Source: a virus
DNA length: 64,000 bases
Reading direction: 5' to 3' (one strand)
Virus record (IMG/VR): IMGVR_UViG_3300020456_000005
Position 1 is the stretch's first letter. Every line of letters starts with the position of its first letter. The translations under genes and the position numbers were made by a program. Below the pieces are notes generated by a model. The model worked only from the letters and a program-made list of their open reading frames with translations, was not told the DNA's origin and made no database searches. Positions 40,622 through 50,747 of the stretch are shown here, piece after piece.

Positions 40622-40952
40622 TGGCGACCTTGATGCTGAGCGAGGTTATCCTCCTTACATTATTAACAGGTGCCTCAGCTCTTTTACGGATACTGTCTTA
40701 TTTTCCAATGAGATGAATAAGAACCCGCATCTACCAAAGAAGATGCAGTATGACTTTTTTATAAATAGTGTGAAGCCAAGGAAGCGTTTCTCTCCTTGGG
40801 CTCGTAAAGATTCTATTGATTATCTTGAGTTAGTAAAAGAGTATTATGGTTATAATGACGATAAAGCACTCCAAGCTCTTAGGATTCTCACTAAGGATCA
40901 ACTAGATCATATTAAAAAGGCATTGAGCAAAGGTGGAAAACATGAGCGGTGA
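40560..40952 (+). CDS. g62: Clamp loader small subunit gp62
   Basis: YPPYIINRCLS, RKRFSPW, VKEYYGYN. Confidence 0.92.
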   Translation: MTYQLKDYLYSINQSKKSILDGDLDAERGYPPYIINRCLSSFTDTVLFSNEMNKNPHLPKKMQYDFFINSVKPRKRFSPWARKDSIDYLELVKEYYGYNDDKALQALRILTKDQLDHIKKALSKGGKHER

Positions 40953-41367
40953 AACTGAGATCCAGTGGAAACAAAATGATATGGTAGAAGTGGTTCTTAG
41001 TGAACCTGATGATTTTCTAAAAGTGAGAGAAACGCTAACAAGGATTGGTGTTGCATCACGTAAGGAAAAAAAGATCTATCAATCTTGTCACATCCTGCAT
41101 AAGCAGGGAAAGTATTATATTGTACACTTCAAAGAGTTGTTCGCTCTTGATGGAAAGAATACAAATTTCTCTTTAAATGATTTTCAGAGGAGAAATAGAA
41201 TTGCACAACTCCTTTCTGATTGGGGTTTAATTTCTGTTGTTAATAAAGAAAAAATTGAAGATCTTGCTCCATTAAATCAAATCAAAGTACTTGCTTTCCG
41301 TGATAAGGAAGCTTGGACTCTTGAATCTAAGTATAATATTGGTCGTAAGAAACAGGAAACCGAATAA
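40942..41367 (+). CDS. regA: Translational repressor RegA
   Basis: DDFLKVRETLTRIG, HILHKQGKYYIVHFKELF. Confidence 0.96.
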   Translation: MSGETEIQWKQNDMVEVVLSEPDDFLKVRETLTRIGVASRKEKKIYQSCHILHKQGKYYIVHFKELFALDGKNTNFSLNDFQRRNRIAQLLSDWGLISVVNKEKIEDLAPLNQIKVLAFRDKEAWTLESKYNIGRKKQETE

Positions 41368-41407
41368 TATCTTTCGGTTTATACACCATATAAACCAAGG
41401 CTACCAC

Positions 41408-41415
41408 TATAAATA
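41408..41415 (+). promoter_or_regulatory. Late promoter TATAAATA upstream of hsp20
   Basis: Exact consensus, intergenic. Confidence 0.7.
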
Positions 41416-41509
41416 CCTCCGTAAGAGGTGTGGGACTGCGGTCCCCCTTTTACTCCAAGTATGATGCCGTATGGGTCATACACTTAATGTTGCTTACGAG
41501 GACACAATC

Positions 41510-41914
41510 ATGGTAGACTTTCAATGGGAAACCTATACCCCATATTCAATTGGATTCAATGAAACATTCAGCAGACTTGAAGCTCTTGCAGGAGGTGGAA
41601 AGAATTACCCTCCTTACAACATCGTTAATGGAACTGATGGTAGAACCACTTTGGAAATCGCTCTTGCTGGATTTTCAAGAGGAGATATTAAGGTTGAGAC
41701 AGAAAGGAATGTTCTAACAGTCTCTGCTGAAAAGAGTCCAGAAACAAAAGACAGGGAATATACACACCGAGGAATATCTTATAAAACATTTGCAAGAAAC
41801 TGGCAAATGGCAGATGATGTAGAGGTTGAATCAGTTGATTACGAGGATGGTCTTCTCACCATCGTACTCAAAAAAGAACTCCCCGAACATCAGAAAAGAA
41901 AGACTTGGTTTTAA
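41510..41914 (+). CDS. hsp20: Small heat-shock protein Hsp20
   Basis: YPPYNI, EIALAGF, HRGIS...F, DGLLTI; GAGGA RBS at 41498. Confidence 0.93.
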   Translation: MVDFQWETYTPYSIGFNETFSRLEALAGGGKNYPPYNIVNGTDGRTTLEIALAGFSRGDIKVETERNVLTVSAEKSPETKDREYTHRGISYKTFARNWQMADDVEVESVDYEDGLLTIVLKKELPEHQKRKTWF

Positions 41915-41922
41915 ATTAACAT

Positions 41923-41948
41923 AAAGGGGACTTGACGGTCCCCTTTTT
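41923..41948 (+). terminator. Rho-independent terminator after hsp20
   Basis: AAAGGGGAC-TTGACG-GTCCCCTTTTT. Confidence 0.85.
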
Positions 41949-41960
41949 ACTTGCTATACT
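41932..41960 (+). promoter_or_regulatory. Sigma70-like early promoter for the g43 operon
   Basis: TTGACG, 17-nt spacer, TATACT (preceded by TGC). Confidence 0.7.
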
Positions 41961-41980
41961 ACTAGAAACGTTTTTAAACT

Positions 41981-42382
41981 ATGGCTGAATCTATTGATCA
42001 TAATGTCCGTATCATTCATCTGATGACTGGTGAACATGTTATCTGTAACTTCACTCAGATTAGGGAAGAAGATAAGTTTGTTGCATATCAAATGCTTTAT
42101 CCTCTTACCCTTACTCTTTCCCAAGAGGATGGAAATGTTGAAGCTTACAACGTAACATATCGCAGGTGGAATCCTTTCACTCCTTATGAGGATCATCGGG
42201 TATCTCCTACTGCAGTGGTTACTGCAATGCCACCTTCTGGTGAGATCCTTCTTAACTACGTGACTAAATTAAAAGAGGCAGGTGTTGATCTTGCTTTCCT
42301 ACCTAATAATGGAGATGATATCCTTGGAAAAACTACTGAAAGTGCTGTTACTGAAGGACCAGTGGCTGCTGGCGCAAGTTGA
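41981..42382 (+). CDS. Hypothetical protein
   Basis: HLMTGEHVIC..W.PF; upstream of g43. Confidence 0.65.
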   Translation: MAESIDHNVRIIHLMTGEHVICNFTQIREEDKFVAYQMLYPLTLTLSQEDGNVEAYNVTYRRWNPFTPYEDHRVSPTAVVTAMPPSGEILLNYVTKLKEAGVDLAFLPNNGDDILGKTTESAVTEGPVAAGAS

Positions 42383-42590
42383 AGAAATTGAAGATGTAAC
42401 GTTTGGTGATCCAGACTGCATCTTAGTTGATCCTATGCTGATTGATGGGGACCAGTTGACAGACTGGCTCCCTTTTGCCACTAAAAAGGAGGCAGTCATC
42501 CGATCTTCTGATATAATTACATTTGTTGATCCGAGTAGCGACATGATTACTCGGTACTATGGTGGAAAACCCGCACTGCTTACTGAATGA
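42309..42590 (+). CDS. Hypothetical protein
   Basis: GDPDCIL.DP, WLPF; ATGA coupling to g43; start uncertain. Confidence 0.65.
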   Translation: MEMISLEKLLKVLLLKDQWLLAQVEEIEDVTFGDPDCILVDPMLIDGDQLTDWLPFATKKEAVIRSSDIITFVDPSSDMITRYYGGKPALLTE

Positions 42591-45076
42591 AGTTTTATAC
42601 TAATGTTGAACAGGCAGGCAACCGCCTGCTGGTCCGTGGTTATGAAGGTGGTCAACCTTTTTCATACAGGGTATCTTTCAGTCCTACCCTGTATGTCCCT
42701 ACAAAGAATTATTCTGAGTGGAGGACACTAGAAGGTAACTGCGTTGAACCTCTTAACATGGGTTCTATTAACGAAGCGAAAGAGTTCATCAAAAAGTATA
42801 AAGAAGTTGAGGAGTTTCCTATTTACGGAAACAGCAGGTATCTGTATCAATATATTGCTCAAGAGCATCCCGAAGAAGAGATTCGTTATGACGTTTCTAA
42901 GATTCGTGTGTTTACTATTGATATTGAAACCGCAGCAGAGAATGGTTTTCCCGACATTGAAACTGCAGACCAAGAGATCTTAGCGATCAGTATCAAAGAT
43001 TCATATACTGGTCGCATTGTTGTCTTTGGAGCTCGTCCATTTGACAACAAAGATTCTATGGTTGATTACATGCATTTTAATTCTGAAGAGTCAATGCTTT
43101 CAGCATTTCTTCAGTATTGGAATGAAAATTGTCCTGACGTTGTTACAGGTTGGAATGTTCAGTTGTTTGATATTCCCTATATTGCTAGGCGTATTGATAG
43201 GGTACTTGGTGAGAAGTTTACTAGGACTCTTAGCCCTTGGAAACTTATTTCTTCTAGAGAGATTTTCATTAAAGGAAGAAAGCAGGTCGCTTATGATCTA
43301 CCAGGAATTTCTACGCTGGATTATTATGACTTGTATAGGAAATTTACCTATCAGAATCAAGAGTCTTATAGGTTGGATCATATTGCCTTTGTTGAACTCG
43401 GACAAAAGAAATTAGATCACTCTGAGTACGATACATTCAAAGAGTTCTACGAGAACGATTGGCAAAAATTCATTGAGTATAACATCCACGACGTACGTCT
43501 GGTTGATAAACTTGATGATAAAATGAAATTGATTGAACTTGCATTTACTATGGCATATGATGCCAAGGTAAATTATGAAGATGTGTTCTCACAAGTTCGT
43601 ATGTGGGACAACTACATTTATGTGGAACTTCTGAAGAGGAAGATTGCAATTCCTCCTAAAAAAGAAGCGACAAAAGATGCAAAATACGCAGGAGCATATG
43701 TCAAGGAACCGAAACCAGGATTCTATGATTGGGTTGTTAGTTTTGACCTTAATAGTCTGTATCCTCATCTTATCATGCAGTACAATATCTCGCCAGAAAC
43801 ACTCAGGGAAGCTAGACATCCCAGCGCGAGCGTTGAGGGGATTCTAAACAAACAAGTTGAACTAGATCCTGAGTTTTCTACGTGTGCTAATGGAGCACAG
43901 TACAGAAAAGATGTTCATGGATTCCTACCCCAGATGATGCAGAAGATGTATGACTCTAGGGTTATTTTTAAAAAGAAAATGATTAAAGCGAAGCAGGAGT
44001 ATGAAAAAACTCCTACTGTTGAACTCATGAATGAGATCGCTCGCTGTAATAATATTCAGATGGCAAAGAAGATTTCTTTGAACTCTGCTTATGGTGCCAT
44101 TGGTAATGAACACTTTAGATATTATCGTCTTGCTAATGCTGAAGCAATCACATTGAGTGGTCAGGTTTCAATTCGCTGGATTGAGAACAAAATGAATGAA
44201 TATCTAAATAAACTACTCTCTACTGATAAGGTTGATTATGTTATCGCATCTGACACCGACTCAATTTATCTTAACCTCGGACCTCTTGTTAATAAATTTT
44301 TTAGTGCTAAGTCTGGCGACAAAGCAGCAATTGTGGACATACTTGACAAGATCTGCCAAGAGAAATTGGAACCTTTTATTGAACGTTCATATGAAGAACT
44401 TGCGTCGTACGTATCAGCGTATGACCAAAAGATGCAAATGAAGCGTGAGAACATTGCAGACCGTGGCATCTGGACTGCAAAGAAGCGTTACATTCTTAAT
44501 GTTTGGGATAGTGAGGGAGTTAGATATAAAGAACCCAAGATGAAGATCATGGGTCTTGAAACAGCAAGGAGTTCTACTCCTGCGTATTTTAGAGACAAGT
44601 TGTATGCAGCATTTAAGATTATTATCGGGAAAACAAATGATGAGCTTATCAATTTCATCAATGACGTGCGGTCGGAAACCCGAATGCGACCATATGAAGA
44701 AGTTGCTTTCCCGCGAGGAGTTAATAACCTTGCAAAATATCGCCACCCAAACGAAATATACTCCAAAGGGACTCCAATCCATGTGCGAGGAGCATTGTTG
44801 TATAATCACTATGTTAAAAAACACGGAGTAGAAAACAAACATCCTCTCATCCAAGAGGGTGAGAAGATTAAATTCATGTATTTGAAAACACCTAATCCAA
44901 TCCATGAAAACTGTATCAGTTTCTTTGGGCAATTACCTAAAGAATTTGGTATTGAAAAGTATGTGGATTATCAGACACAGTTTGAGAAATCTTTCTTGGA
45001 ACCATTAAAAAATGTGTTACAATGTATCGGATGGACCCATCAAAAAACTGTGTCAATTGGGAGTTTCTTTGAATGA
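42587..45076 (+). CDS. g43: Family B DNA polymerase gp43
   Basis: DIET, SFDLNSLYP, KISLNSAYG, SDTDS, KKRY. Confidence 0.98.
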   Translation: MKFYTNVEQAGNRLLVRGYEGGQPFSYRVSFSPTLYVPTKNYSEWRTLEGNCVEPLNMGSINEAKEFIKKYKEVEEFPIYGNSRYLYQYIAQEHPEEEIRYDVSKIRVFTIDIETAAENGFPDIETADQEILAISIKDSYTGRIVVFGARPFDNKDSMVDYMHFNSEESMLSAFLQYWNENCPDVVTGWNVQLFDIPYIARRIDRVLGEKFTRTLSPWKLISSREIFIKGRKQVAYDLPGISTLDYYDLYRKFTYQNQESYRLDHIAFVELGQKKLDHSEYDTFKEFYENDWQKFIEYNIHDVRLVDKLDDKMKLIELAFTMAYDAKVNYEDVFSQVRMWDNYIYVELLKRKIAIPPKKEATKDAKYAGAYVKEPKPGFYDWVVSFDLNSLYPHLIMQYNISPETLREARHPSASVEGILNKQVELDPEFSTCANGAQYRKDVHGFLPQMMQKMYDSRVIFKKKMIKAKQEYEKTPTVELMNEIARCNNIQMAKKISLNSAYGAIGNEHFRYYRLANAEAITLSGQVSIRWIENKMNEYLNKLLSTDKVDYVIASDTDSIYLNLGPLVNKFFSAKSGDKAAIVDILDKICQEKLEPFIERSYEELASYVSAYDQKMQMKRENIADRGIWTAKKRYILNVWDSEGVRYKEPKMKIMGLETARSSTPAYFRDKLYAAFKIIIGKTNDELINFINDVRSETRMRPYEEVAFPRGVNNLAKYRHPNEIYSKGTPIHVRGALLYNHYVKKHGVENKHPLIQEGEKIKFMYLKTPNPIHENCISFFGQLPKEFGIEKYVDYQTQFEKSFLEPLKNVLQCIGWTHQKTVSIGSFFE

Positions 45077-45249
45077 GTAAGAAAGTCTTTGTGGTAACAT
45101 GGACAAATCACGTAGTCGGTCAAATTGGATCTGAAGACATCAAATGTTTTGAAGACTACAAAACTGCTCTTGCGTTTGCTAAACTAATGCGAGACAATTA
45201 TACTTATGTAAACTTTTATGAGGATGAAGCAACACAATGGGATTTTTAG
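45073..45249 (+). CDS. Small hypothetical protein (58 aa)
   Basis: Manual translation [18 protein letters not shown]...; ATGA coupling to g43. Confidence 0.6.
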   Translation: MSKKVFVVTWTNHVVGQIGSEDIKCFEDYKTALAFAKLMRDNYTYVNFYEDEATQWDF

Positions 45250-46250
45250 ATACTGTAATTAAAGATAGTGGAAACGAATTTGCTGGTTTGGTTAGTGAAG
45301 GAGTTGCTGCTGGCGACATTACTAATTACGTTGATACTGGCAGTTATATCTTTAACGCCTTGGTTAGTGGTTCGTTGTTTGGAGGCTTGCCTTCCAACAA
45401 AGTTACAGCCTTGGCAGGAGAATCAAGCACGGGCAAGACTTTTTTTGCTCTCAGCGTCGTTCGTAATTTCCTTGACGCTAATCCTACAGGTGGCGTCATT
45501 TATTTTGAAACTGAATCCGCCATTTCCCGTGACATGATTGAGTCTCGTGGCATTGACAGTTCTCGTATGGTACTGTTCCCTGTTGCTACCATTGAGGAGT
45601 TCAGGACACAGGCATGCAGGATCCTTGACAAGTATCTTAAGGAACCAAAGGAGAGCAGACAACCAATGATGTTTGTGCTAGACTCTCTTGGTATGCTTTC
45701 AACCAATAAAGAGATGGAAGATGTTGCTAACGACAAACAAGTTCGTGACATGACCAAATCACAGTTGATCAAAGGTGCCTTCCGTGTGCTAACATTGAAG
45801 CTTGGTCAGGCACAAGTCCCTATGATCGTCACAAACCATACCTATGATGTGATCGGTTCCTATGTCCCTGCAAAGGAGATGGGAGGCGGTACAGGTCTTA
45901 AGTATGCTGCATCTACTATCATCTATCTTGGCAAGAAGAAGGAGAAAGATGGCACTGAACTGGTGGGTAACATCATCAAGTGCGAAGCAAAGAAATCTCG
46001 TCTAACCAAGGAGGGTAGTAAAGTTGAAACTCGTCTATTTTTTGACGACCGTGGACTTGACAAGTATTACGGGCTACTGGAATTGGGTGAACAGTACGGA
46101 ATCTTCAAGCGGGTGGGGAATCGCATTAAGTTTGGTGAATCTTCTGTTTATCCTAAATCTATTCTCTCTAATCCTGAGAAGTATTTTACCGAAGAAGTAA
46201 TGGCAAAACTAGAAGAAGCTGCCAGAGAAGAATTTACCTACGGAAACTAA
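45237..46250 (+). CDS. uvsX: RecA-like recombinase UvsX
   Basis: [22 protein letters not shown]. Confidence 0.96.
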   Translation: MGFLDTVIKDSGNEFAGLVSEGVAAGDITNYVDTGSYIFNALVSGSLFGGLPSNKVTALAGESSTGKTFFALSVVRNFLDANPTGGVIYFETESAISRDMIESRGIDSSRMVLFPVATIEEFRTQACRILDKYLKEPKESRQPMMFVLDSLGMLSTNKEMEDVANDKQVRDMTKSQLIKGAFRVLTLKLGQAQVPMIVTNHTYDVIGSYVPAKEMGGGTGLKYAASTIIYLGKKKEKDGTELVGNIIKCEAKKSRLTKEGSKVETRLFFDDRGLDKYYGLLELGEQYGIFKRVGNRIKFGESSVYPKSILSNPEKYFTEEVMAKLEEAAREEFTYGN

Positions 46251-46939
46251 TGAACTATTCTGAATTTATTACTAAGTACAAAACTATTAAAGAAAAGGGA
46301 TTTATTAAATCTCAACGTAAAGGTGATGGTGCTGTTGGTAATACATTTGAAGATGAATTGGGACTGCAAGAAAATAACATAGCAGGACCAGACATTGAAG
46401 GTAACGAATTAAAAGTTAAGCGAGCAACTGCTAGTGGACTACAAACTCTCTTCAACAAAGAAGGTGAGTGGCAAATGACACAAATTGAATTTCTTGAGGG
46501 ATATGGATTCCCACATACCAAATATGTTGGTGAAAAAACTGCTCAATCTACAGTTAAAAAAACACCTAACAAGAGAGGGTATTATTTTGAAACTGATGAA
46601 GAGCATCTCTATGTTAAATGTAAAGATGTCACCATTGTAAAATGGAATTGGACTCAGTTGGTAGAGCAATTTGGTAAGAAATTTCCTAATTGTATTAAAG
46701 TATTAGCAGAGACAAAAAAGATTGGAGGTGTTGAATACTTTCATTATAATAAAGCATACTTGTTTAAAGGAACTACAAAAGAAAAGTTCAAAGAGTTAAT
46801 TGAAGAAGATGTAATTTCTATTGACTTCAGACTTTACACTCAGTATAATAAAGGTAAGGGAGTAAGAAATCGTGGTACTGCTTTTCGTATCCGTCACGAA
46901 GATATGGATAAATTATTTGTTAAGGAGACTCTAAATTGA
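46250..46939 (+). CDS. MvaI/BcnI-family restriction endonuclease
   Basis: RKGDGAVGNTFEDELGLQENNIAGPDIEGNELK (PD..ELK), C-terminal RNRGTAFRI. Confidence 0.8.
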   Translation: MNYSEFITKYKTIKEKGFIKSQRKGDGAVGNTFEDELGLQENNIAGPDIEGNELKVKRATASGLQTLFNKEGEWQMTQIEFLEGYGFPHTKYVGEKTAQSTVKKTPNKRGYYFETDEEHLYVKCKDVTIVKWNWTQLVEQFGKKFPNCIKVLAETKKIGGVEYFHYNKAYLFKGTTKEKFKELIEEDVISIDFRLYTQYNKGKGVRNRGTAFRIRHEDMDKLFVKETLN

Positions 46940-47787
46940 AGGACACAATTCTCTTTGGTGATTGTCGTGAAACATTAAAAGAGTTTACTGGTAAGGCGAG
47001 GATGTGTGTAACATCACCGCCTTATTATGGTTTGAGAAACTATGGTGGTGAACAAGATCAAATTGGTCTGGAACAAACACCAGAAGAATATGTTGACAAT
47101 CTCGTAAAAGTATTTCGTGAGGTAAGAAATTGTCTTACTGATGATGGAACATGCTGGGTTAATCTTGGTGATAGTTACTATAACTATAGACCAGGTAAAG
47201 GACAAGCAATTCATAAACAATCAGTATCTAAAACTAACCAAGATTTACCTAGCACATGTGCTAGACGAGGTAACAAACTAGAAGGTCTTAAAGAAAAAGA
47301 TCTTATTGGTATTCCTTGGATGTTTGCTTTTGCTATGAGAGCAGACGGATGGTATCTAAGACAAGATATTATCTGGAATAAACCTAATCCTATGCCTGAA
47401 AGTGTACGAGATAGATGTACTAAATCACATGAGTATATCTTTTTGTTTAGCAAAAGTCAGAATTATTATTTTGATGTTGATGCTATCAAAGAACCAACTG
47501 TAGATGGTAAAGGATTGAAGCGTAAGAAAACTGTGTGGGAAGTTAAAACCAAACCATATAAAGGAGCACACTTTGCTGTGTATCCACCAGAACTAATTGA
47601 ACCGTGTATTAAATCTGGAAGTGAAGAAGGTGACATTGTATTAGATCCTTTTATGGGATCTGGTACAACTGCTTTAGTATCCAAATCATTACAAAGGCAC
47701 TATCTGGGTTGCGAATTACATGAAGATTATGGTAGACTAATTCAGAAAAGGTTGAGTGAAAAATCATTTGCAAAAATTAAATTCTAA
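46936..47787 (+). CDS. Beta-class N4-cytosine/N6-adenine DNA methyltransferase
   Basis: TSPPY motif IV near N-terminus, DPFMGSGT motif I near C-terminus. Confidence 0.9.
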   Translation: MKDTILFGDCRETLKEFTGKARMCVTSPPYYGLRNYGGEQDQIGLEQTPEEYVDNLVKVFREVRNCLTDDGTCWVNLGDSYYNYRPGKGQAIHKQSVSKTNQDLPSTCARRGNKLEGLKEKDLIGIPWMFAFAMRADGWYLRQDIIWNKPNPMPESVRDRCTKSHEYIFLFSKSQNYYFDVDAIKEPTVDGKGLKRKKTVWEVKTKPYKGAHFAVYPPELIEPCIKSGSEEGDIVLDPFMGSGTTALVSKSLQRHYLGCELHEDYGRLIQKRLSEKSFAKIKF

Positions 47788-49172
47788 TGGCTGAACGAAT
47801 TGAAGAAATTATTTTACGAAACCTTCTCTTTAACGAAGAATATTATCGTAAGGTAGTGCCTTTCTTAAAGGCAGAATATTATGAGATTTACCATGAGAAA
47901 ATTATCTACGAAGAGATTGCTGACTTCGCTAGTAAGTACGATAAAGTTCCTACTAAAGAAGTTCTTACGATTAATCTACAAAACCGTAATGATCTTACTG
48001 ACGAATCGTTCAAAGATTCGGTACAGGCAGTATCCAACCTCTCGGACGAGTGGGTTGACTACGACTGGTTGCTTGACGCCACAGAAAAGTGGTGCAAGGA
48101 CCGAGCTATATACCTCGCACTCATGCAATCAATCAAGATTGCGGACGGCGGCGATCAGAAGATTTCGCGAGATGCGATACCCTCCATTCTCCAAGAAGCC
48201 TTGGCGGTTTCGTTTGATGAACACATCGGACACGATTACATAGAACAAGCAACAGACAGATATGATTTCTACCACAGAACAGAAGAAAAGATTCCCTTTG
48301 ACCTTGATAAGTTTAACTACATTACCAAAGGTGGTCTCCCTAATAAGACTCTCAACATCGCTCTTGCTGGTACAGGCGTCGGGAAAAGTCTATTCATGTG
48401 CCACTGCGCTGGTGCCGCGCTCACTCAGGGGAGGAACGTTCTCTACATTACATGTGAAATGGCAGAGGAGAAAATTGCTGAACGAATTGATGCAAACCTT
48501 CTGAACGTTAGTATTAGAGATCTTGCTGATCTACCCGAAGTTCTTTTCTCTAGTAAAGTTAATGAGATTGCTCGTAAAACTCAGGGCAAACTTATCATTA
48601 AAGAGTATCCAACAGCGTCTGCACATGCAGGACATTTCAGGGCACTCTTAAGTGATCTTAAACTAAAGAAAGATTTCAAACCCGATATTATTTTTATTGA
48701 TTATTTAAACATATGTGCAAGTGTGAGGTACAAAGGTGCGATTGTTAACTCGTATACCTATGTTAAAGCGATTGCTGAGGAGCTCCGTGGCTTTGCTGTG
48801 GAGTGTAACGTACCTATTATTAGTGCTACTCAGACTACTCGTTCTGGTTATGGGAATAGTGATCCAGATCTTACCGATACTTCTGAGTCTTTTGGTCTAC
48901 CTGCCACTGCTGATCTTATGTTTGCCCTTATCTCTACTGAGGAGTTGGAACAACAAGGTCGCATCATGGTCAAACAACTTAAAAACAGATACAATGAAAC
49001 CGCTGCCTCACGAAAATTCATGGTGGGAATTGACAGATCAAAAATGAAGCTGTATGATGTAGCGGATGACGCATCAGAAATTAATATTTCAGATGAAGAT
49101 ACGGGAGAACAGTTCTCCCAGTTTGCAGAATCCCAAACTAGATTATCCAAATTTGCCGAGTGGAATGTATGA
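47787..49172 (+). CDS. g41: Replicative helicase gp41
   Basis: AGTGVGKS, IDYLNI, ATQTTR, KQLKNRY. Confidence 0.96.
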   Translation: MAERIEEIILRNLLFNEEYYRKVVPFLKAEYYEIYHEKIIYEEIADFASKYDKVPTKEVLTINLQNRNDLTDESFKDSVQAVSNLSDEWVDYDWLLDATEKWCKDRAIYLALMQSIKIADGGDQKISRDAIPSILQEALAVSFDEHIGHDYIEQATDRYDFYHRTEEKIPFDLDKFNYITKGGLPNKTLNIALAGTGVGKSLFMCHCAGAALTQGRNVLYITCEMAEEKIAERIDANLLNVSIRDLADLPEVLFSSKVNEIARKTQGKLIIKEYPTASAHAGHFRALLSDLKLKKDFKPDIIFIDYLNICASVRYKGAIVNSYTYVKAIAEELRGFAVECNVPIISATQTTRSGYGNSDPDLTDTSESFGLPATADLMFALISTEELEQQGRIMVKQLKNRYNETAASRKFMVGIDRSKMKLYDVADDASEINISDEDTGEQFSQFAESQTRLSKFAEWNV

Positions 49173-50746
49173 AGATTAAAAGTATTATGGTTGTTGGCGG
49201 TGGGTCATCTGGTTGGATGACTGCTGCTGCTTTATGTAAAAAATTTGGTAAAGATATTAAAGTATCTGTTATTGAAGGAAAGAATTCCAATCCAGTTGGA
49301 GTAGGTGAATCTACTATTACTAAATTTAATTCTTATTTGAATTATATTCTTGAAATTGAAGATAAAGAGTGGATGCCTCATTGCAATGCCACCTATAAAA
49401 CTTCAATTAGATTTACTAATTTTAGAGATGGTAATGGTGAGGTATTTGAATACCCATTTGCAGGGTATCATAATGAAGATTCTTTTGGTAGGTGGTCTGT
49501 TGTCCGCGCAAAATATGATTTGGGACCAGACTCTTTCAATGAGTTTATGAATCAGGCTTATTGGTTAGCAAAACATAATAGGATGACTGACAATCCTGGT
49601 TTTGAATTTCAATTCTCATTGAAAAAAGATTCGGCATATCATTTTGATGCTGGTCTTTTTGGAAAGTTTCTTAAGAAAAGATTCTGTAAGAAAGCAAAGC
49701 ATTACATTGACGATGTTGTTGCCGTAAAAAAAGATGAAGACGGATACATCACTTCTTTAGTTGGAGATTCTGGAACTGAATACTCTGCAGATCTGTATGT
49801 TGATTGTACTGGATTTAAATCTTTACTCCTAGAAAAGGAAATGGGATCTGAGTTTGTTTCTTTCAAACCATGGTTAGATAACGATAGAGCTATTGCAACT
49901 CATTTACCATATAAAGATAAAAAGACAGAGCTCTGCAACGTTACCAATTGCACAGCATTAAGTAGTGGATGGTCATGGAATATTCCTTTATGGAATCGTA
50001 TGGGATCTGGATATGTTTACTCTAGTGATTTTATCAGTGATGATGATGCAGAAAAGGAGTTTAAAAAACATGTAGGTAATGAAGATATTGATATTCGTAA
50101 GATTAATATCCGACATGGAGTGAGAGAAAGAGGATGGGTTAAAAATGTAGTTGGTGTAGGTCTTGCGTTTGGTTTTATTGAACCACTAGAATCTACAGGA
50201 CTTGTGTCTACCCATGAAATGATTGAGCAACTAATTGAAATTCTTGATAGACGTAAGTATAATATTACTGGTTTTGATAGAGACTCTTACAACTATACTT
50301 GTCAGTTAGTTGTAACTGGATACATGTATTTTGTTTCTCTTCATTATAAACTTTCTCAAAGAAGTGATACTCCTTACTGGAAATATCAAACTGAACTTAA
50401 AGACTGGTTTAAACTTTCTGATCCTAGATTGTTTGCACAAAGAAAAGTTCATATTTCATATGATAATGGATCAACAAATCACTATGAAAATGTACATCAG
50501 ATGCATTCTCTAGCACACAGATGGGATCCTGAAAAACATGGTATTGCATATATCATGGCAGGCATGGGACATGTTCCTTATGCAGATTATCTTTATAAAG
50601 TCTTCTCAGATTCTGCGAAAGATAATCTTCAAGATGATGTTGATAAACTCTACAAGGAATTTAGAAACTATGTTAAAATACTAGAGGAAAAAGTTCTTAC
50701 ACTTCCAACATCTTACGAATTTCTACAACAAAACATTTATTCTTAA
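49169..50746 (+). CDS. prnA: Flavin-dependent (tryptophan) halogenase family protein
   Basis: GGGSSG, GVGEST, ATYK, YHFDA, DCTGF, WSWNIP, FIEPLESTG. Confidence 0.88.
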   Translation: MKIKSIMVVGGGSSGWMTAAALCKKFGKDIKVSVIEGKNSNPVGVGESTITKFNSYLNYILEIEDKEWMPHCNATYKTSIRFTNFRDGNGEVFEYPFAGYHNEDSFGRWSVVRAKYDLGPDSFNEFMNQAYWLAKHNRMTDNPGFEFQFSLKKDSAYHFDAGLFGKFLKKRFCKKAKHYIDDVVAVKKDEDGYITSLVGDSGTEYSADLYVDCTGFKSLLLEKEMGSEFVSFKPWLDNDRAIATHLPYKDKKTELCNVTNCTALSSGWSWNIPLWNRMGSGYVYSSDFISDDDAEKEFKKHVGNEDIDIRKINIRHGVRERGWVKNVVGVGLAFGFIEPLESTGLVSTHEMIEQLIEILDRRKYNITGFDRDSYNYTCQLVVTGYMYFVSLHYKLSQRSDTPYWKYQTELKDWFKLSDPRLFAQRKVHISYDNGSTNHYENVHQMHSLAHRWDPEKHGIAYIMAGMGHVPYADYLYKVFSDSAKDNLQDDVDKLYKEFRNYVKILEEKVLTLPTSYEFLQQNIYS

Positions 50747-50747
50747 T

